A DNA stretch of 64,000 bases from Eledone cirrhosa (lineage: Eukaryota), in assembly GCA_964016885.1 (NCBI GenBank), contig OZ024745.1, forward strand, positions 63,798,001-63,862,000, written 5' to 3'. Positions 53,944 through 64,000 of the stretch are shown piece after piece; the stretch's first letter is position 1, and the number at the start of each line of letters is the position of its first letter. The position numbers were made by a program, and so were the translations under genes. Under the pieces are notes generated by a model. It worked only from the letters and a program-made list of their open reading frames with translations, ran no database searches and was not told the origin of the DNA.

Positions 53944-54650
53944 ATAACATACACACACAAGTATATACACATTCACATATACATGACTACATACATACTG
54001 TAAATATACATACACACTGTGAATACATACATACATACTGTAAATATGCGAATACCCATTTACTTGAATCTATTGGCTAATTTTACCAGCCAATGGACTA
54101 ATGCTTAACGTTCTGGAGACTGAGAACCGTTCCGGTTAGTCTAGAATGTTGTGTATCGCTTGCCTTTTTTAATCGTCTATTATATATATTAATCTCTTTA
54201 CGTAATGAACTCAACATTCTATATTCTGAGGTTGATAAGGTTGACAACATTTGTTTCATGTTTCATGTGAACTGGGATTCTGTTTTTATTATTTTGTTTT
54301 GTTTTTCTTTTTGTTGTTTCTTGAACTTCCGTGTCAATAAATAGATCGGAATTGCAATAGGTTAAATAAATTTCTGTTGAGCAATTCACATCTGCTTTAC
54401 TCTTTCATCTTTCGTGTAAGCAAGTCAGTATCGACTAATGTGTATGGAGACCACTCTTTCCCTTTTCTGCCTTTCCTACCCCTCCATCTTCTAGACCTCA
54501 ACATTATTATTATTATGAAAATCCCCACGTTACAACTACTGGTGTTGCTTCTCTGCTGTTGCTGCTGTTTATAGTGTTGCTGTCGTTGCTGTTGCTGTTG
54601 CTGAGGCTGTTGCTGCTGCAGTTTCAGCCATCTTTTGTTTATCTACTTAC

Positions 54651-54708
54651 GTCATCAAGGGCATTGAGCAATGTCCAGGGATCCTTCCTATTCTGAGGCA
54701 TTTGGTAC
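54651..54708 (-). other. Candidate 58-nt internal exon of an unidentified host gene
   Basis: cttcttccagttattctag| ... |gtaagt, with open frame YQMPQNRKDPWTLLNALDD in non-repetitive sequence. Confidence 0.35.
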
Positions 54709-57700
54709 CTAGAATAACTGGAAGAAGATTATTTTTCCAGTTAATTTAAACAATGGGAGCACTGTTTCCATCTCTTTCTCTCTCACTCACTTTCTTTCTT
54801 TCTCTCTCCCTCTGAAACCTATTTCAAGGTAGAATGGACTTAACAAGTAAGAGTTGAAATATGTACGTCAAGGACAGAATAAGGCACAGTGTCTATCCTG
54901 ATAAAGATATTAAACAAGACGACTCTGATGAAGGATACAATGACGTACGTTAAAAATTGAAATGAACCCTTTAAATAGAGAGAGAAACTAAATATGTAGT
55001 GAGAGTTGTAACTCACAATGAATATTTTTCATGAAAAAAATGCCTGAAGAAGAAGTAGACCGTTGATATCAAAGGATACATTTTCGTCTTACTGAACATT
55101 GTCAGTGGTGCATAATCAACACGAACCCGCTTGATCAGCATACAGATGTTTCCACTCAGTAAAAGGAGATTTTTGATTGGCAGTAGTTTTAAATAATAAA
55201 TAAGCCAATGCGAAGGATTAAGATAAACCAAATAAGAATTACAGATATTGATTGTTTGATCCTTCACACAACATAAAGAAATAATATCGAATAGGTAACT
55301 CGAAATCTTTCAAGAGAGGGAAGCACTAAATGCAATCAGGAGTATGAAGATACGATGTCGTATATGCAGAGTAGCACCCCCATCCCAGCTACAGATAGGA
55401 ATCTTGCAAGCGGGATTAGCAGGTGAATCTGCAGCCTATCATCCAATAAACACATCCACGACAGACATTAATGGTTTCACAGAAAAAGTAGTATATATAG
55501 AAGACATTCCGCACATCCCTAAGAGATTTGGATGAAAAATAACAAAGTTCAATCCTCCATTCAATCTAGAAATCTCAACGAATATTCCGAAGAACTTCTT
55601 GTCCCTAAAAAGGGAACACTTTCTATTTAGTCATAAGCACAAATTCTTTATCTCACACAATGTTAAGATTAGCAATTTCCGTTTAGATACCATCCACCTT
55701 CACATCACCTCACGGCTTCCAGAGGATCTTGCAGTGAGTTCAAGAGTACATTTAGGTGAAGAAATTGGGAGAACTCAACTGCCTTATCCCATTTCATAAG
55801 GAGACACCATGGACAATTTTCAAAGTACGAGTGACAGGTAATATAATACTAATATTGGCCTTGAGAAATCTCATAAACTTAAAAACAACCCATTTCTTTC
55901 TGAATCTCTGAAGGACTGTAAGGTGTTAATACTAAATACACAAATATATAAGATGCGTTTAAGAACGCCTGGTTAGTACCCTCCGAACTAAAGATGATGC
56001 TCTGTTTAACTACATCCTTTCAGTTATAATTTTATATTCTGCTGGGTAAGATCTGCCTTCCCTCACTCCCTTTTGTGTTCGATACAGTATTCTTTAGTGA
56101 ACAAAAGGAAATTGATATTAAATACTTACAAAAATGTCGCATGGTAACCAAGACATCATACAAATCAGCGTAAGGTGATGTTAATAGATTTATTTGCTGC
56201 TGAATAAATCAATACAATTAGTGTGCGATGTAAATTGGCTTCATGATACAAAAGAAAAACAATAAAACTATTTTTTTTTTCTTTTTATAGTCACGAGTTA
56301 TTTGATAAAGAACGAAAGTGTACTTTCTCTCTTTCATCAGTTCTCGTTTCTCAAATAACCTTTCGTTTGTCATGAGGCAAAGATAATGTTGTTTCTTTTA
56401 AGGAAATAATTATCGCTTACAGAGAAAAAACAATAAATTTCCCGAGGAAGATGAAAGGCGCGAAGAATGCAATACTGTGAGTGGGTGTTCATAAGAAAAT
56501 TGGTCAGTAGACCAGTAGGTATATTTTAGAGCTTGTAAGATAGCTTCACACGAAAACAACAAGGCCAAGAAAATATCAGCGAAAAACCTCGTGACATAGC
56601 ATCGGCAATTGAAATAGATGAAGAAACAAATACTCGTTTGATTTGTGGATGGAATTTATTGCAGTGTATCAAAGTTGTTTTTATTCTAAGCATATCGCTT
56701 TCTTTCATCTCACAGTCTCTTGAAGCTGGGACTTTGATTTATTTGTTTTCGTAGTTTAGTCTTTATCTACAGAGACGCCATAAGGAAGAGATTAGTTACG
56801 TATCGCTTTCGTTCGACTAATCAAACAGTAGAAATGAGCAAACTTTCCTTTTTTATTTACACACACTGTAAAAATAACAAGAATATTAACAACCGCGTAA
56901 ACATTAATGATAGTTTCTAAGTTAAGCACAAGGCCAGTAATGTTTTTTTTTCGTAATAATAATAATAATAATAATAATTTCCTTATTCATGGTATATCAT
57001 TATACAGTGTGTGTTTTCATTAAGAAGTCTATAAAGAATAACTAAAAGTAAAATAAAATTTAACAAAAGAAATCACCCAGTGTTGAGACAAAGTCCGATG
57101 GCTCATCCTAGAAAAATGTTCAAAAACAAACGCCACTCTGAACAATAAAGCAAACGCCCCCTCCTGGTTTTCTTCTACAAAACCACTGGTGCATAATCTA
57201 GGTGGGTCGATTGAGTCGAGCCATACTCTTCATTTACATCCAATTTCAACAAAATTTCTAGAAAACACCACGTCCCTCTCAACTTGGAGTTTGTTTTTCA
57301 AGAAAATGTTGAAAAAATTGATGAAGTCTTTTATACCTTTCATAGAGAAAGGTGTCAGTTTTCACAACTATTTCGTCACCAGTCATATAAAATCTACTAG
57401 TCCTTCGCCGCCGGACGAATGCAATCAGGTGATCTGCAGTGTCTCCTCAACGGTTTGATGGTGAGACATCTGAAACTTCATCCCAGCTCTTGTTTACCAG
57501 AAGGTCTGAAGCAAACCAAACGCAACTATACATACGTTTGTTTTTCTTATGTATTAATGACTAAGACTGACATTTAAAAACATGCATGGTTGGGTAAACT
57601 AGTTATACAAAAACGGGTGAAGTGTTAAAGATATACAATAATTAAGAACAATTTTTTATCATTTCATGAACGACCCAGGAATTAGCTAAAACGAGGATCA

Positions 57701-59674
57701 TAAAAACCACAAGGAAAACCGATTAAATTTATAATGAGGAAACCCACTGACACAGAGACAGGAATCCGCTTTCGCGTTGATCAGAATACACTAAATTCCT
57801 AATTAGGAACCCTTTTCTATTTTATACAGGAACCGTTCAAAGTGGACAAGTTCAAAATATTCCATCAAGAGTTTTTGGATGAGAGTAAACAGACAGAATC
57901 GCACGTTTTGTGGTTTTTCACTCGTCCTGTAAGGTAGCAGTAAACATGGAGTATATTATTAAGAATAGATATTTTCTATGGTCTTTAAGCCGGAGATGTA
58001 TCTATCACGCCTGCTGTATATTCACACTGTTCATACACGGATTCTAGCCCCTTTTTTTGGGGGGGGGGGTGTATTATACCAAGGCCTGCAATTTTTTTAT
58101 GGAAGAGGTGGGTCCTTTCCTCCTCATGAGATATGATCAACCTTTCATAGATGCATTTCTTCACATCAAAGTTAGGTTCTTCTTCAGCGAACATGCGTTT
58201 CGTATTTTCTGATGAACTTTTGAATCTTGATTGCCTTTTTTGTCAATATGATTCTTTTCTGTTTTTTATTTTGTTTTTGTCACCTGCAAAGATCTGACTA
58301 ATATTCAGCCTCCGTCGGGTCCTCATCTCAGACATTTATTGGATATTGGAAAAGTACTGCTGGGAGAAGATAATCAATATCATTGGTTTCCTCTAGAACC
58401 CGTTGCTGTTACTGCTTTTGTCAGCTACTCTCACCTACCTCGCTGCCAATGCTCATTATCAATGTGAATAACTCACTCAGCATCCTTGTTAACTTCTGAA
58501 CACGAGGACGACGTGATTTCTTCCGATGATTACGGAGATGCGACTATGGCTGCCTTAAGAAATACAATATTACTGTTGTTGCTACTTACTTATTTTCAAC
58601 ATTTCCGAACAACAAGCACTTAAATTAGTTTTACTTCCACATACGTGGAAGCTAAGCATTCTACAGTGAGTTGTCACTCGTAGAGTCTCTCCTTCGGTAA
58701 CTATTGGACCGTAAAACTTTGGGATCATATTATGGTCTTTTATAGTCGTGAGACCTTGCATTTCCATGGCGCTTCAAGCGCACCACTTAACATCGCGTAA
58801 ACTGCTAAATACCAACCCACACTGTGCAATATAAATTTTCACAATTCAATGAGTAGATATCCCTAACGATATTTTTTATCACAATCCTCATATTTCTCAA
58901 CAGTTTATATATATGTACTATTCAGGTTTGAGTTCTTTTCCATTCTTCTGTTTAAAAAGAATACACTAAAGGAGATTTCGCTCTAAATTACTGCGAGGGC
59001 AACCTCTAATTTCAGTTTAGAATAAGATTTATCTATTACGAATTTGGTGAGTTTCTTTCCTCTTCTCTTGGGTCAGGATGAAACATTCCAGCTGGGTGCG
59101 ACCATTTACGTAGCATAATACTGTGATGGATAAAAGAATCCATTTATTTAAATCTATTCGTAGTGCGAATGTCCTGCATCCAGAAAACATTCGTTTGATT
59201 AATGTATGCGTGTGCGCGCACATATATTATTGTTCCGGCTGTCAAACCTGTTGTTTACAATATTCCTATTTTTTGCATAAGTGTGTGTATGTGTGTGTAC
59301 GCGTATGTGTGTGTACGCGTATGTGTGTGTTTGCTTGTTTTCATTTCGTTTCCTGTCATTAGAAAGTGTGGTTAACGTTAATTTGGTTTGTCTTTTACTG
59401 TGTGGGAGCTGTTGAGTTCTGTGTAATTCTTACGGGTGCTGGTTCCCATGATGCTAGAGGTCATTTTTCACTTGAAATTGTATAGTGAAAGTAAAATGAA
59501 AATATTTTAAATAATGATCTTGGTATTTTACCGGGTAAACCCATAATAACTCTATAAAATGTCCCTGCACAACATAAAAACGAAATGACATATATGTTTG
59601 TTTTCCAATTCAATTTAAAGTATATCCAGAATTCTAGACGAAATTTTACATATGTCAGAATAATAATAATTTCT

Positions 59675-59882
59675 AACATAGGTACATGGCCAACAATTTT
59701 GGTGGAATGAGAAAATCGATATTATCGACCTCAGTAATTGACTGCTCCTTTATTTTATCAAACTCGGAATGATGAAAGGCAGAATTGAATTTGTCAGGAT
59801 TTGAACTGAGAACGTAAAGAGCCGGAACAAACACTGTGGTGCACTTATCCGACTCACTAAAGACTATGCCAAGTCACCACCA
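59675..59882 (-). mobile_element. Old SINE copy (6.7-kb family)
   Basis: GATGAAAGGCAGAATTG..GGATTTGAACTGAGAACG. Confidence 0.6.
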
Positions 59883-61440
59883 TGCTCGTTCAATTAATAC
59901 TAAGAAGAAATGTTTTCTAATTGCCGTTTCAATCCGCATTGACAATATATATATAAGAAATGAGGAAATGAGTTATATATAAAGATTTAGAGATAGATAT
60001 AACCCCGATATAGATGAGGAAATGAAAAAAACAACTGCTACAATAATAAAACTGATTTCTAATCTAGGTACAATGCTGTTGAGGTGGAATGATCGATTAT
60101 TATTGTTTCTCCAACACTTTATTGGCAGTATTTTGTCCGGACAAGATTGGCTGGAAAGTGAATCGACCCTGCTGAGACTTGGAATACACAGGACTGAACC
60201 GAACTAAGGGCAGCTTAATAAATACCGTAAGGTTTTTTGTCCAATACTCTATCGTATTTTCTATCCCCAGCTATATTCATAAAAAAGGAAGTGTATATTG
60301 CGAGGTGTGTAATCTTTGTATGAAATAAAGTAAGACAACCCGATGGAACGATATTCCAATGAACCATCGTCCATAGAAAGAAATATCAGGGACGAATACC
60401 AAACTTAAGAAATATTCGGTGACTGCTCAATACAAATCAGACAGTAAACTGTTCAATTTAGAGACGTATCTTAGAATAAATCTCACACGCACATAGATAA
60501 ACAACACAGTGTACAAAACATAGACCATTGAACAATAACATTAATCTTAATGATTCTGTATATAGAACAGCAGAGGCACTACTGGTAACATCTATTTAAA
60601 ATGCTATTTCCATTGCCGTTTTGCCACCTGAAACCCAACCATATCGCATACAAAATATATAGCAATAAACAAACTACTCAATGTTCAAACACACCGAAGT
60701 GTCGAATATAATACTATAAAACAATAAAAGCCGAATCACATACTAAGGAATAAAATTCATTACACAAAATGTGACATGCATGTTGCAATGATATATGAAG
60801 CAAACAGTACTTGAACTCTGAAATCTCTATTTACACCCCTAATGAGAACTGTTACATCAGTTTATATACTCCCTAAACATATGCAGTTATGTATTCCACT
60901 AATAAAGAGCGACAACAACAAATTTAAGATGGAAATATAGAAAATAAAACTATTCAAATGAATACAGTAAACAGAATAAAGAGATTCATGTCTCCACCAA
61001 CCCGATCAACCGGTCTAACGAGCCAGAAATCTGACTATAACTTCTAGCATGCTCTCATGCATTGTATTTGGAGAACACTTTGACACATACGATGCATCCT
61101 GCTACAAAACCTCAGTAATAAAATCAAAATGTGGAAGCACAATATCAATACAACTAAATCCACATTATATCGTAAATACCGTAAAGGAAAATAAACATAA
61201 ACCTCACCCATGTATCGACAATAATTCTTTTTTTGTGTGTCAATTTATTATTTACACACCTGGCTACCATAAACACATACCAAACACTCGACAGAGTTAA
61301 TGTAGACCATCTAACATCGACACACTTTCACACATTAATGAACCAAATTCAATCTTGTCTTTAGAAACTTTAAAGTGTAATTATTATTTCTAATGGATGG
61401 ATTTACACGACAAAAACCAATATATATATATATATATATG

Positions 61441-61640
61441 TAATAGGAACCAGTAAGACCCCGACAGCTGAGCTCAAGCCGTTTTGACGGCTAATTCTCT
61501 CAGAATTAGCCGTCGAAACGGCTTGAGCTCAGCTGTCGGGGTCTTACTGGTTCCTATTACCCACTCTACTACCTCAAGTATTGAGTACTTTGGTGCGTTA
61601 TGGTCCACCTGGTTCCTTACCACACTTCCTTCGTTATATA
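61441..61640 (+). mobile_element. Short retro-insert in (TA)n with 5' palindrome (24-kb family)
   Basis: Palindrome 61441-61559 centred at ~61500. Confidence 0.75.
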
Positions 61641-61809
61641 TATATGTATATATATATATATATATATATACTATATACACAGGGGCGGTGGAACTAGAGG
61701 GTGTAGGGGCCTGGCCCACCGAATAATTGTGTTTTTTTCCCAGACTACCAAAACACACATCTATTTGTATATGCGCTACAATGTATGTACATGTTATGTA
61801 GAGACAGAT

Positions 61810-62605
61810 GGGAGAGATTGATATAGATATAGAGAGGGGGAGAATTTGGTGGTAATTGATATAGAGAGGAAGGTTGGGAGAGTGTGTTGTATATTAGATA
61901 TAGAAAGGAGGAGATATTGATGTTTATTGATTAGAGAGGGGGAGAGTTTGGTGTTAATTGATATTGAGAGGGGGATTGGGAGAGAGTGTTGTATGGCTGA
62001 TGTAGAGAGGAGGAGAGGTTGGTGGTAATGAATAGAGGGAGAGGATTGATAGAGATAGGTATAGATAGATATAGAGAGGGGGGTAGTTTGGTAGTGATGG
62101 ATAGAGTGTGAGGGAATGAGAGAGATTGTTGTATGGTAGATGTGGAGAGAAGGATAGTTCGGTAGTAATTGATATAGAGAGTGGGGTTGGGAGAGTGATC
62201 CCTGTAGTAGATATAGGGAGGGGAAATGTTGGTGCTATTTGATATAGACAGGGGGATTGGGAGAGCGTTTTGTATGGTTGATGCAGAGAGGGGGAGAGTT
62301 TGGTATTAATGAATAGAGTGAGAGGTTTGATAGAGATAGGTATTGATAGATATAGAGAGGGGGAGAGTTTGGTAGTGATGTATAGTGTGAGAGCATGAGA
62401 TAGAGAGTGTTGTATGGTAGATATAGAGAGGGGGATAGTTTGGTGGTAATCGATATAGTAAGGGGAATTGGAAGAGAATGTTGTATGGCAGATATAGAGA
62501 TGGTGATAGTTTGGTGACAATTGTAATGGTGAGAGGGGCTGGGAGAGTGTGTTGTTTATTTGCTATAGAGTTTGCTGTTAATTGATATAGTGAGGGTGAT
62601 TGGAA
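61810..62605 (+). repeat. Degenerate GA-rich minisatellite (~30-bp unit)
   Basis: Repeated GATATAGAGAGGGGGAGAGTTTGGT variants. Flanked by a direct repeat ACTACCAAAACACACATCTATTTG.ATATGCGCTACAAT (61744 / 62650). Confidence 0.75.
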
Positions 62606-62788
62606 AATAATTCCATGAAGTAGTGTGTGTTTTGATAGAATCTCCCCAAACTACCAAAACACACATCTATTTGGATATGCGCTACAATCAATTTATGTAC
62701 ATTTTATGCTTATGGCATATCGAAGTTCTCTTACCATTTTAGACTGCAAAGAGCTAAACTGATCACTGCAATTAAATTGACCAAATTT

Positions 62789-62982
<194 letters not shown>

Positions 62983-64000
62983 GCTTTACATTTCAAAATA
63001 GTAAACACATATTCCTGAAACCATGTCATACAGTTTCATGAAAGGAACGATATGGAATTGCGTTCATGCCTACAGGAGGGAATAAGAAAACATATAGGAA
63101 CGTAAAGATACTAAAACAAATACACTTTGGTTCTTTTATGTATGAGAGACAAAACTGGTGGAAAGCATTTAAATCAGGTCTTCCATATAATATATATCAG
63201 TATTGGTGTTATATCTGTATATTAAACCAAAAAGACGGACCCAAGTTTGATACCAGTATACATAACAAAAAGCATAGTCCCATATTTGAACAGCAACCGG
63301 TACCAGGATGAAGATATGGTTGTGAGACTTGTTGCAGAAATAGCCTTCAGGCTAGCTAGTCAGATACCACTGACATTAAGATTGTCACATCATGACAGGA
63401 GGAGGGGAAAAACATATAAGCCCAAGGTTAGAAACTTAACTCATAGAAGAACATGGGCATCATTTAATGAACAGAAGTGTTAGAAGCCAGCATAACAAAC
63501 AAGTTGTTAACATGGAAATCCACGTACAAATTATGCATCCCACAAAACGTGTTGATATCTCATGTGAACCAAGAACTTCTAACACAGAAAGTTGGAAGAA
63601 ATCCTCTCTATTCTAACAAAATCTAATCTATTCCACAGGCATGAAAATTATGTCAACGTTAATAGGGAGTGTAACATCTCCTTGACTAATGACCCATACA
63701 TGCTTTCTAATTTAGAAGGATCTGCATTTGCAATCAAAGTAATAAAAATATATATATATATATTAAATACAACGATTATTAATACTTCAAACACAAATTG
63801 GCGTGAGTTAGAATACGGCTTATTTCACATTTCTGTAGATGACATAACACACATCGCTGCCGTTGTCTTTAGATGTAATCAAAGCGTTAGTTCTTATGAA
63901 GAGTAACTTTATTTCAAATGAAATATGCACTATCGTCTGCATGATGGACTTGTTATAGCTTATATCAAAAAACCATTACTAATTTGGAATATAATAAAAT

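Noticed and set aside
54921-54965. CTGATGAAGG
   Set aside because: No stem II or GAAA partner; chance match
57000-57500. Possible L1/Tx1 3' end on the minus strand (C..EET.DHL)
   Set aside because: Single weak motif

Overview
AT-rich, microsatellite-laden animal genomic DNA. The SINE sequences resemble those I recall from Octopus, which is an inference. No complete host gene is evident, and nearly all listed ORFs are microsatellite or transposon artefacts. Conventional mobile elements: a CRE-clade LINE nested in a Penelope-like element (PLE), two more PLE relics, a Helitron, a hAT (Buster/Charlie-like) transposon, an internally deleted mariner, RTE and R4/Dong-like LINE fragments, and SINEs. 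The main signal is non-coding. I read about 20 minimal type-I hammerhead ribozyme (HHR) motifs from at least 8 unrelated families, almost all in short elements embedded in (TA)n tracts with head-to-head inverted architecture. Two families form retrozyme-like tandem arrays with one HHR per unit: ~472 bp x5.5 at 50.1-52.7 kb and 589-bp units at 26.4-28.1 kb. Two families carry the compensatory U3-A8 core. Two unrelated families share an octamer / 34-35 nt / TATATA / 30 nt / GCAG module just upstream of the ribozyme. Junctions point to twin priming from (TA)n on multimeric or circular RNA templates. All folds were derived by eye, and no activity can be shown from sequence alone.
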